A DNA stretch of 64,000 nucleotides from Vitrella brassicaformis CCMP3155 (lineage: Eukaryota; Protista; Chromerida): NCBI GenBank assembly GCA_001179505.1, contig CDMY01000323.1, positions 1 to 64,000 on the forward strand. The letters are read 5' to 3'. The notes under the pieces were generated by a model. The model saw nothing but the letters and a program-made list of their open reading frames with translations. It searched no databases and was not told where the DNA came from. A program made the position numbers and the translations under genes. Below, one piece after another: positions 24,001 through 36,700 of this stretch; within the stretch, counting starts at the first letter, position 1; every line of letters starts with the position of its first letter.

Positions 24001-27000
24001 AACACACGCACAGAGGCAACACGAATATCGATCGACTCAAAGGCTTGCCGTGAGAGACGGACCTTTCCGCGAGTGCGGTGAGTATGAAGATTGCCATTAG
24101 AGTGGCGAGAACGAGCAGCACATTGACCAGCACGATCTGCCATGGCGGAGCACATGGGGCGCACGGCTGCTGGGGCGTCTGACGCGAGAAGCCAGACGCA
24201 GACAAGGCAAAACGTAAAAATGGCGGCTCTCAGAGGGATGCAGTTGGCTCCTACCAAGCATATGTTGAGTCCATCAGTTTTGTTAGTGCCTATACAGGCC
24301 GACGGCAATGGACACGGCATCACTATCGGCAACAGAGTCAACCTAGCGCCATACCTGAGAGACACCAAACCTCACTCTATTGCCTGTTCCCCAGTCGCCT
24401 TTCTCGCCTTTCCTTCCTACGTCGTCACTTCTCGTGTGGCGTTGTCGGGTGAACCAGCGGACTGCAGCTGGACAGTGAGCTGAAAGAAGCCCGGCAGCAC
24501 GCTCGCATTGTAGTTGACGGGAGCAGAGCAGTCCAATCCCGGCAAACAGTCCTGGCAGATCCAAGTGCTGCGACTTCCATCGGCGCCGCCCTTGCGCACG
24601 CCGACAGACCCCGCTGTACATGGCTCACACGGCTCCTCGCCGCGCTGATGGCCGAGACGGCAATAGCACGCAGGTGAGCCCTCGTCAGAACCTGCGCCAA
24701 CAGTCTAAGTCGCAAGGGCTACTGTCATGCGTTTCTTTCATCTCTGACCTGCATCATCGGGACATTCTTGGCACGTTTGTGTGCCAACTTGTCTGTTGCT
24801 GTATGTGCCAGCTGGGCACTTGGTGCAGTTGATGCCGACGCCAGCGTATCCAGGCAGGCAGCGACAAAGGGCGTCCGACTCAAACGTGTAGTCGACCTGT
24901 GCGAGCAGTAAGCACAGTGAGTACAATCAGTATGTGTACTCGTTGTGTATCTGACCATACGCAATCTGACCTCAAGTCTGTTGAATGTGGAGCAAAAGTC
25001 CGTGCACTCGAACCGCTCCTCACCATTGTCCAACGTCCGCACGACATATCCTGCACAAAGCGCATGCAGTCACGCAAGAACGTGGACTAAACAACAGTGG
25101 GTATCTGTTTTGCATGTGCTATGACGGGCGTCCTTCCCTACCCTGCGGGTCGGGCACCAACTGACGTTTTGCAGATATATCTCGTCACCAACTGACGTTT
25201 TGATGCGCACCGCTTGATTGACGCAAATCCTGACACTTCTAAACCACATACATACCCCACAGACACCGATGAAGAAACACATATATCGGCCATATATATA
25301 TAGGCTCTCTGCTCTTTTCTCTCACCACGATGGGTGTAAGACTGACACACACCGGTGTCTGCTCACTTCTTAGGTCTGGGTTCTGTGTGAACCTCGCGTA
25401 GTCGGATGAAAACAGCCTGGAGCCGCGTGCTTCCACTCTTCTCAGTGAGTTGTTGCGCATGTCGACATAGTGGACTCGTGATCGAAAGGTCTCGATGGCG
25501 GTGATGTTGTTGTCCCTCAAAGAGATTGATCCTAAGTGCCGAAATCCTAGCTCGAAAAAAAATTCGCTGTCCGTCACCTACTCATACGCACGAAAGAAAG
25601 CTGGGTGTGCGTTTGCCTGTCTAGGTATAAGATCGGTTACCAATGGGGATTGGTTAAGCACTCTATGGGAGAATGCCAAAAAGGCCTCGCAACGCATCGC
25701 GCTTTGCAGACTGCAATTCGATGCATCCAGCACCACCAGACTGTCACACACAGAAAGACACAGAGCAGGAAGCAAATGCCAGAAAGACAGTGACACGCAG
25801 TCACTTGGTCTGCCATTTAAGGGGCATGAGGAACTCAGTCACGTCGACATTGATTGGGTTGTTTGATACGTCCAACTCGTACAGACTGTCCCATTCAGGC
25901 GGCTTCGACGACAACAGCAAATCCAACGAACTCCCATTTGCCCACTCTATCGCCTCACACATATGTTCACACAAAGAACACATACAACTTATCCCCCTGC
26001 CTATTTGCCTGCCTGCGTGTGTGCCTGTGTGTGTGCTTACCGTTGTACCCCGGTGTCAAGCAGACCCTTTCCGGTGTGGAACCCCTTTCCAGTGTGGAAC
26101 CCCACTTGGGCCACTGGCTAATGCGATTGTTGGCGAGGCGTAGCTTCTCCAAGTTGGGCATTGAGCGAAAGCCCTCCGGCAGGGTGGTCGAAAGGTTCTC
26201 GCTCAGATCCAGATGAACCAATCTGATAAGATTTAAAGACATACACACAGTGTCACGTTGAGACCAAGGAGGGTATCCTCTGTTTCCATCTCGCATATGG
26301 CCATCACTGACGTTTGTGGTATGCTGCCGGTGACTCCCGTGATGAAATTGTGACGAAGCCAGGTGCGCTCGAGGTTGGGGAAGACAGAAAGGTCAACGGA
26401 CCTATTCAGACGGTTGAATGAGACGTCCAGCCTCCAAAGGCTCTCGTATCCCGAGCCGCGAATGCTGTGCTCCACCAATCCGGTCAGTCTGACACTTCAC
26501 ATGCCCAAACATTATGTGCGCCAGCGTTTAGCTCCCATGCAGTGCACCGGTTGTAGAATGCGAAAATCGCATTGAGGTTCTTTAAAGCCGAAAAGCCGAC
26601 AGGCAGGTGACCCTCGAACTAAAACGTGGCGACAGTACACATGCTGACAAGTACTTATCACATGCCGCTCTCCTCATTACTGGTCATACGGAATTGTCGT
26701 CAACCCACAGTATCCTGAGCGACGTGAGGTTGCTGAGCGGCTCAAGAGTACCGGTAAAGTTGTTGAGGTTCAAATTCAGAAACTCGAGTGACTTCCACCC
26801 ACTCCACGTATTCGGCAGAGTACCGGACATCTGCACATACAAACACACAAAGCCACAATAATTCGTGTGGCGTTCCATGCCATACGTCGTTCTCCTGCCG
26901 TTTGGTTGTACCGAGTTGTTGTACACCGACAGCGTCGTGAGCGACGGGAGGTTACTGAGGGGCTCCAGTGTGCCGGAAAACTTGTTGTTGCTCAAGTCGA

Positions 27001-28564
27001 GATACTCGACCGACTTCCAGCCACTCAGCGCGTCCGGGAGAGTGCCCGAGAGCTGTTTATGAAACGCACACAGGAAGGAACACATATGCGTGCGGTGTCA
27101 TGTGTTATTTATCTGGGTGTATACCTGGTTGCCAGACAGGTCCAGTCTGCGAAGCTTTGCCAGCTTCCCAAGTTCTGGTGGGAGATGGCCACTCAAGCCC
27201 GACTCATGCATCTCGAGAACCGTCAGGTTCCCCGCATTGCCTAGCGAAGCCGGCAGTGGACCAGAAAACTGACAGTAGAAAGAAAGCAAATAGCCCTCAA
27301 AGTCACATGTACGTTTGTGTTGTTTGTGTCCTGCGCACGTTGTTCCGTGACATATCTAGCTCCACTAGTTTGTCCATCTTGGCACCCAGCCCGTCCGGCA
27401 GCGAGCCCGAGAATCGATTGTCCCTCAGATTCAGGATGCGCAGCTGGCTCAGTTGCACCAGTGACTGAGGAAGCTCCCCACTGAACGAATTGTTCCGCAG
27501 GCCCAGCATCTGCAAGCGAGAGAGGGCGCCGAGATCGTCAGGGAGAGGGCCAACGGTTGACTCGAGACCCAGTCGAATCAGGTTGCGGCAAGACGTCACA
27601 CTAGCCGGAAAGGGACCCTCCATCTGCTTGTTTCCCCAGATGTCCAGGATCCGCAGGCGCCGAAGTCTGCCGATGTCTTGAGGGATGGGTCCTGAAAGAT
27701 CGGTTTCCACAAGCCAGAGAGCCTCAAGGCGCGAGCAGTTGGTGAGGGAGGGCGGGATGAAGCCGTTTGTTGAACTCATGAGCCCGAGGTACAGGCCCTT
27801 GAGGTAAGGCAGCTCGCCAATTGTAGCTGGAATGGGCACCTTCATGCCGTCCTGACATGATAAACAGCATTACAACAAGAATGTGCGTAAATCAATTTGC
27901 ACATCAGATGCAACTCACCACTCTAGCCAGCCCGATAGCGCGAAGAGATCTCACTTTGGCGATCTCATCACCCAAGCTTCCCTGCATTGGCAGATTCCAG
28001 GCCAGGAGGCAGACCACATGACGCAGCCGATAAAACGCCTCCAAGAAGACGAAAGGCGCCCCCCCCCCGCTGTGCCAATACAGCCGGTACATCCGATACG
28101 TCCCCATCCTCGGCATCCCCTGTCAGTAAGATGATATAGCCCTCCCGCGGGCCGCCGTCCGCCAGCGCCTCACTCAGCCGCACACACGTGATGAAGGACA
28201 CGACACACAGGTTGTCCTCAAAGACGGACTTGGTGTCGTTCACCAATCCGGCCTCGTCAGACCACTCGAACAGAGCCGCCGCATCCTCCTGACACGAATC
28301 GCACCGCTCCAGCTCCTCCATCTCGGTATACGGAAGGATGTTGTCGCCTCGCCGCACTTGGCCATCTGAGAGTTCTACGTCAGCCGGACGGAAGAAAATA
28401 GAGAGTTGCAGGAGCTTCAGCCGCCTCGGGTCACGCCAGCCCGGAGGGAGGGCAGGGGACGGAGGAGCTGTCTCGTTGGCGGGCTGGAGGATCCTCTTGA
28501 GGGGCGAGCAAGCCACGAGCGACGACGAGATGGCAAGAAGGACAGCGCATAGAGGAATCACCAT
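21077..28564 (-). CDS. Multi-exon receptor: signal peptide, plant-type LRR ectodomain, ephrin-receptor-like Cys repeats, about 9-TM CRMP-type membrane module, cytoplasmic tail
   Basis: MVIPLCAVLLAISSSLVACS; many LxxLxxLxLxxNxLSGxLP repeats at 25400-28050; CRCLPGYAGVGINCTKCPAGTYS and CQDCLPGLDC..PGF; TM module with DLDSHVIC..H, GFLYVGYRKGFFYWDFVLAMRRVLV and WPF..LNRSE; spliced tail VPSD-F-HEFLWSQAF; 3' end approximate. Confidence 0.85.
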
Positions 28565-28858
28565 CGGATATTCATCGACTCATCCCTTCGCATCGATGAG
28601 GTGCGATGAGGCAGCGCCCTTGTGAACCTCTCGAGTGCTGATCTGTTGCGGGAGCTGACGTGGCGCCACGCCGCTGCGGCTGCACCGCCACAAAAACGAC
28701 AACAGGCTGCATCAACGACACACAGTGTCACGACACACAGGACGAGAGGACGATGAAGATCCATCTGCTTTCTATCCTTTTGGTGGTGCTTCACTTCACT
28801 CACGACTTGGCTGAAGCGCAGCGTGTGGATTCCCAAAAGATGAATGTATGCACATACA

Positions 28859-28932
28859 AGGTCCTGGTCGGGCTCGAACCGACGACCTTTCGGTTATTAG
28901 CCGAATGCTCTAGCCAACTGAGCCACAGGACC
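28859..28932 (-). tRNA. tRNA-Ile (AAT)
   Basis: GGTCCTG-TG-GCTC..GAGC-A-TTCGG-CTAATAA-CCGAA-AGGTC-GTCGG-TTCGAGC-CCGAC-CAGGACC-T; all stems pair; 74 nt. Confidence 0.95.
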
Positions 28933-29001
28933 ACTGCACCGTTTGTGGCATCGCCTTCGCATCATTCAAGCGTTCAGGCGTTGATCTGCCATGCTCGGTG
29001 A

Positions 29002-30560
29002 TTGATTGATTGTGGAGGCATCTTCTTTCGGGACGACATCTTCCACCCCCGCATCAGCCGCCGTAGCCGCCGCATGGCAACAAGGGCAGCAACATTCGAT
29101 GAGTCAGCCGATGTCCTTGCGCCCGCACCAAGAATGAGCATGGTGGACGTGGACCCTCATCTGCGGCTCCTGAGATCCCGCACGACGACGGTGACGAGAG
29201 CCTGAGCTCCCGCCGGCAGTCCCCGTCCGCCTTCCCGATTGTTGCGATCGGGGACTGCGATTGTTCGTGTCACGGCCTCTGATGCTGATGCAGATGACAA
29301 GCCATCATCTCCACAAACTGCTACGCCTCGGGTTGATAGGCGGCCTACCGAGGCGTAGGTGCCTGACGGAGGAGCGGAAGATTTGATCGCCCCTGCATCG
29401 GCCGAGACCCCAGCAGCCCTCCATCGCAGCCATCAGGGAGGCCGCCAGAACGATGCCACAGACGACACTAGGCATCTCGAACCATACCCATACCCGCGCC
29501 AATCCCCATGACCCACCGTCTGGCATTGGCGGCCTGCTGAATCAGCTGCACAGCGTACGGATCCTCCATCACTCTGGCCTTCACCGCCGATCTGCTGTCT
29601 CGGAGGGTGTTGGAATGGGTGGGATGGAGAGGGATGCAGCGTCGGCATCAGCTGCCGACGATAGGTGTTGCAGCAGCTGCTAAGACGGCCACCAGAGACA
29701 CGATGACGGCGACAGAGCGGCCAATGCTGGTGCTGCTGGTACTGGTGGTGGGGCCGTGTTGGCCCAGCCGGTGGGCAGCGCACTACTGGTTACGGTGAGG
29801 GGGCTTACCTTGGTCATGTGTCGCATCCCGTGCTGCCCATCCCGACGTGATGAGAGGGAGAGGGAGATCGATGCAATCGCGACGGTGCCAAGGCAGAGAC
29901 ACCAAGACACGTCTACCGACCCTCAGCCATCTTGAATTTCATGTGTGTGTTCAGGACGACGGAGGAGTTGGTATAGCAGTCGCTGCACCACGTGCAGAAG
30001 GTGCAGTCGCTGTCTGAGGACCGACACACACTGCACGACGAGATCACCTACCTGAGAAGGCAGGTGCACTGCCCGACCTCCAAGCGACAAAGCGGCTGGC
30101 GTATGGCCTCGACAGCCAGTCCCTCTCAACTCACGGCAAGATCGAGCTGACCCAAACGGATTCCTCACTGTGGCCTGCCTTTGCTTCATTTGGCCGCCAA
30201 CGAATGCACGGGAGAGGAGGCCGCCGTGATCCTCGAACATCTGATCGATGCCGATGCGGCCACCGAGGCGGCGGAGGTGATTCCGGAGCCACGCGAGAAG
30301 TACGAGACGGCAATTGACTATCTGCTTCATCGCTTACTCCGGCAATTTCAGCGAAGGAGAACTTGCAAATCGTCACGCGCCTCGTCAGCGCAGCGGCGGA
30401 AGCACCCGCCGAAGATGGACCCGACGCCTCTGCAGACATGCTTGATGGCCACGACGCCTTTCCCCATGAATACGCGTGTCGCTTCAAGCAGGAGGATGGC
30501 CAGGGCGGGGGGGTGCGCTGTGCAGTGCTGTTCGTGAGGGTCGCATGGGGCTTGATGTGA
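29002..30560 (+). pseudogene. Probable decayed gene with coiled-coil-like segments
   Basis: Protein-like stretches (QSLHHVQKVQSLSEDRHTLHDEITYLRRQ; EEAAVILEHLIDADAATEAAEVIPEPREKYETAIDYLL) interrupted by in-frame stops; no recognisable family. Confidence 0.35.
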
Positions 30561-31529
30561 TGCGTTTTGGGTGCATTTCTTGCTCTGTTTCGCCTCGTGC
30601 GTAGTCGTGCCAGTTGCTGCCCTCTCTTTGCCCGCCGGACAGTCGTGCCAGTTGATTTCTTCATACACACCACAGGTGACTTGTCGACTTGTTGCTTGTG
30701 TGCACAAAGCAGACTTGTACATAATCCTCGTTTTGTCTCCGCACTTTTTATCTTGATTCGAAGTGGACACCTCGCATCGTGTGGGCGGACATGGAATGTG
30801 TTGGATGTATCTTGACCGTCTGCCGCACACACAACCGGCCTGTCAGCGGGTGTTCCCGCATCCCCGACTACCGCCGCCGCGTGTGTGCGCAGCCGACCTG
30901 TGTGTCCGTGACATGTGAGCACAAGGTGTTTGTCTTGCTCGTGCCCACGTGTATTCCGATGGGTGTGTTGCGTGCCTGTCATGGATGTGTGCGAGTGCCT
31001 GCCTGCCTGCCTGCCTGCCTGTCTGGATGGATGGATGGATGGATGTGTGGATGGATACATGGATTTGCGAAGTGCGTTTTGCAGGTTGCTGCCATGCTCA
31101 TCTGGACACTAACATCGCATCTCCAGATGCGCAACCGCTGCAGATGCGCAAATGCGTCTCGTGCAGTACGACAGTGAACGGTGTGTAAGGTGGGTGTGAT
31201 GAAGAGGGGAGGCTCCTATATTGTTGGCCGATAGACGTTCAGGAGACACAACAACAGAAGCCCATTCACGTGCTGCGGACACGAGCCATGCTCACCAACA
31301 CACAGGACCATCTCCTCCCCTTCCCCATCCCCGCGGCAAAAAAGGCGAGAAATGTCACGTCAAACGAAGAGCGACATTCATGCAATGTCTGTCTGCTGTC
31401 TGACCATCTCTGCCTGTCTGTCGGCAGTGGTTGGTTGGGCGCGGACACTCACACACGTGGAACACTCACACATGTCGAGCACACATGTCTATAAAAATAC
31501 GAGCCTTGTAAGGAAGGGTCAGAGTCAAG

Positions 31530-33317
31530 TCAGTTGTTGTGGAAGACCGTGTCATAGAGGACGCCCTCGCCAGTCGTCACCGCCTTGCCCGACACCTGAC
31601 ATGTCCACACACACGCGCACACACTCTTCAGTCCGTGCGTACATTCAAAAGGACGGACGCACCGACCTTCATGGCGACTTTCATCGCCGAGCCCGAGAGG
31701 CCCGATGGCCGCTTGGTGGGAATGTCCGAGGCCACCACCGGCTCCAGGGATGCCTCCACCTGACGACAAAGAGCCAACCAAGGGAGCGAGGGGTGGTGTG
31801 GTGTGTGGCTGTCTGTTTGTCGATCGGACCTCTAGCAGGCTGAATCTGGTCTTGCCCGCCACCTTGGACTCCCTGCGGTCCTCAGTGCCTGATGGACGGA
31901 TGGATGGATGGGAGATGGAGGGTGAAGGAGAGCAGAAGCAAGTATTCGCACGTACCTCTTTCGATTGAGTACTTGACGGTCTCCTGTCCGCCTGGCTCCC
32001 GGCCCGCGGCCTTCTTGTCGTTCTCCACCATCTGCAGTAGATACGCCGACAACGCCGGGATACTCGAACCAACTGCATCCACCAATCATACCACCAAACA
32101 CACATCCACACCTCTCCCCCGCCCAAGTCCGCCAACCCACCCACTCACCAGGAGGGTCTTCGTGAATGCCCACGTCCAGGCCCAGCAGCCGCCCGTGGAA
32201 GGTGCTGCCCTCGAACTCGGTGTCGGTCGTTATCAGCAGAATCTGACACAAGGGAGAGACCAACCACGCTGCACTCACCTCCTCCCTCCCTCCCTCCCTC
32301 CCTCCCTCCCTCCGTCACTGACCTCGTCAGCATTGCAGTCGCGGTCCTCCCACAGCTTTCTGTTCAGCTCGGCCTTGCGCACGGCGGCGTAGCTCTTGAC
32401 GGGCACAATCAGGTAGGGCAGCCCGATCTCCTTGGGGTACACCGCTCGGGCGTACAGCTTGACATCCATCCGCTCACCCTTGACGCTCAGCCCGACCGTC
32501 GGCGGCTTCGTGTCGGTCTCGACGTCATCAAGGGCCAACCCCAGCGTGGCAGCCATTGTGGTGGGGAAGGGCACCCCCGTGTCGACTCGGCACTCGGTGG
32601 CGTAGCCCCACCTACACCACCCTGGTGCCCCGTTGAGCAGCTCGCTGCTCACGGATATCGGCCCCACTGGCTGGGTGATGGTGAAGTCGACGCGTCCTGT
32701 CTTGTTGGGAGGCAGCTTGGACGCCATGTGGGCGAGGTCGGCGCCGGGCCCGACCAGCGTGTGGATGGCAGCGATGGTGGGGTGGCCTGGGGGAGGGGAG
32801 GGGCACACAGGTGAGATCAGATCAGATGAGATGAGATGCGATCAGGTGGGATGGAGCGGCCATTCGTCTGTTCATCCAGGTTCACCTCCGAACGTGAGCT
32901 CCTTCAAGGGCGTCCAGATCCTCACTCTCGTATTGGCGCCGTCGGTCCCTGGCAAGCAGAACACGGTCTCGGTGCCGAACTCCCGAGCAATCGCCTGCAA
33001 CCAAGGACGGACCCACGTGTGATGTGTGTGAGCCACCACCACTATCTCTATCTCTATCTCTCTCCCTCTTCCCCTGCGCACCTGCATTTTGTCGTCAGAG
33101 ATGCCCTCTGCGTCCGGGAGCACGACAATCTGTGCGCCCGAGAGGGGCTTGGACGTGAACACATCCTGCAGAGAGAGAGGGCCATGGGAACCCAGAGCAC
33201 ATCATATGATGCACATTGTGGTGCTACAACGGTGGACAAGGATCACCCAGAGGGGCTGCTGCCGTCCATCCATCCATTCATCCGTACCACGAAGAAGTAC
33301 TTGCGGTTGGAGGCCAT
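31530..33317 (-). CDS. PhzF/PhzC-family (diaminopimelate-epimerase-like, PBLD-like) isomerase, multi-exon
   Basis: Spliced YFFV-DVFTSKPLSGAQIVVLPDAEGISDDKMQ-AIAREFGTETVF..RVRIWTPLKELTFG-GHPTIAA..GLPYLIVPV..EDPP-VGSSIPALSAYL..VSGKAVTTGEG follows the PhzF motif order. Confidence 0.9.
32279..32313. repeat. (CCCT)n/(AGGG)n intronic tract
   Basis: Read directly; similar tracts near 52713-52750, 53861-53884 and 55680-55715. Confidence 0.9.
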
Positions 33318-33735
33318 GATGCTGTCGGTTTCGGGCATTGATGGCCACCTGGCGATGCGAAAGTCGACGACGGCGATGGATGGAGGGATCAGTGGCCGAA
33401 GATCTGTGCTTGGAACATTGGCAGGGCCTTTCTGTCTGCAGATCTGTGTCAAAGAAGCCTCAAAGTGGCAGGGGAGCGATCGTCGAGACGGCGCAGTCCT
33501 TCTCGTGCTGTGCACACTGTTGCTGCGAATGGTTGAATACGACATTCTGAGACGGCCGCAAGGAAGCGGGCACTTTCGGCGCCTCGATTTGGAGGTTTAA
33601 TCACAAAGCACAGTCACAAGATTCACAGTCCACTGCACTGCGGTGTCACAGGTGTATGAGTCACCCCAAGTCACATCAGATCACTGCCCTGGATATCTCT
33701 CCCTCGGCTCATCCCTCTTCACCGACCAACTCCTC

Positions 33736-36700
33736 TCACACTCCGTCGGGTGCAGTTCCGGCTGCCTGCGGCTGCCCCTGTTCCTCCCCTCCACCCTCGC
33801 CGTCGCCTCCTTCATGCTCATCGCCTTCATGGTCCATTTCGCCCGTGCCATGTGCATCATCTGACGCTGGTGCTTCATGCTCCTCTGTGGTCTCGTTGGG
33901 TGTGTCTGCTGTGGGTGGCAGCTGCACGATGTCCATGACGTGCATGCCGGTTTCCAGCAGGTGCCTCGAGAAGACGTGGTCGTGGCTGCGGATGATGGCC
34001 AGCAGCCGGGCCCAGGAGATGGCCGGGTCGCGCAGCGAATCCACCGGGGGGCGGGGCAGCAAAGGCGCCACGAAGAGGGGGCGGATGGCGCCTCTTGTCG
34101 CTTCCTCGCTGGCCAGCCGTCTGATCCGCTGGGAGAAGGTGCGCCTTAGGCGGTTCTAAAGCCATGGACACACAGCACAGCACACACACGGGATGAGATG
34201 ATGCGAGAACACATGACATGGAGGGTATTAAAGCCCCTCGCCCTGCCCCACCTGCCACATGCGGAGGGCCTCCTCGGCTGTATTTGTGTCGTATCGCAGG
34301 CCCGAGGGCTGACCACCCGCACCTCCTGGGCCCCTCCTGCCGAACACGAGTGACAGCAGGCCACCCCTCCCTCCGCTGCCCTGACTTTGGCCGCTGGGTG
34401 GTGGGGAGGATGGCTCCATCCCACTGCCACCGTTGTTGTCATCATGACCATCGGCTGGGGCTGGAGCTGGTGGTGGTGGTGGTGGTGGCGGGGGGAATGG
34501 CTGTTCATCGGTTGGGGGGCCCGGGGGAGGGTTGTTGATGAGGGCGCCATAGGCATCGATGACACGCTGGAAGTCAGACTGTTTTGTATGCACAGAGAGA
34601 GAGGGACAGACGGATTTGGTTCATTGGTTGGTTGCATGGGCGTCTGTCTGTCTGTCTGTCTGTGATGTGTGGCTGACCATGTGGGTTCGCGTGAGGCCCA
34701 TCAGGTTGGTCAATTCGTGCCACAGCACAAACAACTCATCCACACTGTTGTTCTGATACAAACAAACAAACAACCAAACAACACACGGCAGAGGCGCCAT
34801 TCAGCTTGGTGATGCCTGGCATGTATCGACTGATCCTGACCGACCATGGTAGCGAGGTGCAGCGGTGACCATCGGGGCGAACCGTAATTTGTTTGCGCCA
34901 ACCGACCTTGACCACACACATTCACAGAGAACATGTCTTTGCAGCCACCCATGTATACGTATGTGTCCCGCCCTCCCCCCTTCCCTCTCTCACCCTTGCC
35001 AAGGTAGTGTCTGAACGTCGCCCCTGCCAGCTCCTGCCGCCTTGACGGGTCTGCGCTCATTTGCAGGTGGATGGAGAAATCATCCGTCGGCACGGGGGCG
35101 TTGAGCTCGGCGAAGAAGGTGTAGGTCGATGCCGGCACGTTCGGGTCGCCCGTCACCTTGCGCGCGCACACCACGGGGCCGTCGCCGTCCAGCCAGAGGA
35201 ACTCATAGCCGTGCGGGCCGTACGACGCCGTCCAGAGGCCGGTGAGGTGCCTCGCCACCATTCTGCCCTCGCGATGGTCTGCACGCACAGATAGCGCGGA
35301 CATGTTGACTGACACTTTGGTGCGTCATGTGGATTGTGTGGTAAGGCTCACTCACCGTATGGGGGAAGTTTGTCCCTGTACGTCGCGAGATGGTCCATCG
35401 GCAGTCGCTGCAGCACGACAGCACGCTTGTCCGACCCAGACGCCGCGCAGGCCAAATGGCTGCAGTCAGACCTACATACACACCCATCCATCCATCCCTC
35501 AATTGCGCCAGCGTGTTGAAGGCGCCTGGCTTACTTGAGCTGCACGAGCAGATATCGGTATGGGACAGGTGGTGGCGGCTTTGGCGCATACGGCATGGCG
35601 GCCACGGCGACCTCTGGCTGGTCTCTCTTTCCAGGGGGTGTTGTGAGGTGGCTGGTGGGGAGGTTGCTCTCCTCCCATGCGAGGTGCTCCCTGGTGCGGT
35701 GAGTGATGGTCGTCTCGATGCGGTCCATTTCGTCGTCAGTGAAGCCGTCCTCGCCGTCATACTCATCCGACAAACGCTGCACGCACACAGAAACACAGGG
35801 AGAGAGAGAGAGAGGAACCAGGAGGGAGCGGAGGGAGGGATCCTTACGTACAAGGCAAAACATGTGCCACTCTCTCCGTCCACCCACCCCCTCACCTCGG
35901 CAGTGAATGCTTCCTGCAAGGGGAGGTACCTCCGGTCGCCCAGCACGTAGACGCCGTCGATCTCGTCACGCAGCAGCCGGGGGAAGGGGATGGCGTGCGG
36001 GGGCGCCATGGCGTCCTGCAGCAGCTGGGATGACTCCAGCCGGTAGAACGACAGCCGCTTGGTGCTCTCACTGTCTCGACCCTCTTGATCTTGCGGTTGG
36101 TGGTGGTCTTGATCTTGTTGCTGGTGGGTGGTGGGCAAAGCGAAGGCGATGGCCCTCTCTGCTGTGCAAAGTGGGGGCCACGACGTCACTGCTGCTGCCG
36201 CTGCCGCTGGTGCTCCGGGAGGTGAGGAGGCGTCACGGGTGGCGGCTTTGCCGCTAGCCCGTTCCTCCTCTGCCCTTCGCAGGCTGCCCACCGCCGCCGT
36301 CTGTCTGGCGGCTGTGACTGACCGATGCGGCGCTGCCGACGTCACCTCACCCTCGCTGTAGTCGCTGTAGTGGATGGAGAAGAAATACCTGCATGTAGAC
36401 ACAATGGCGAAGGTGCAACCACGTCACCGAACGATCTTCACTTTTCTTCTCTCTGTCTTACTCGAGTCTTGTGAGCGTTCTTGGGGGGCTGCCTTGTTTC
36501 GTGTTGCGGGGGTGCGATGGAGCACCAGAAGAGGCAGCAGCGGAGGTGGTGGCGCTGCTGCTGCTGCTGCTGCTGCTTTGTCGGCCTTGTTGCTCCTGCT
36601 GCAGCTCTCCGATGAGTCTTGACTGGAACCCGCTCAGAGGCCGCACTGTGCTGAGCGGATGAATGCAGATCAAACGAAACAAACACAAAAACATGAATGA

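Noticed and set aside
29960-30150. In-frame TAG/TGA as possible readthrough or selenocysteine
   Set aside because: Mixed stop types plus frame breaks, no SECIS-like element seen, and tRNAs and other genes use the standard code; decay is simpler
31530-33317. Horizontally acquired phenazine biosynthesis cluster
   Set aside because: Only a PhzF-fold gene is present, it has typical host introns, and no phzA/B/D/E/G-like neighbours are seen
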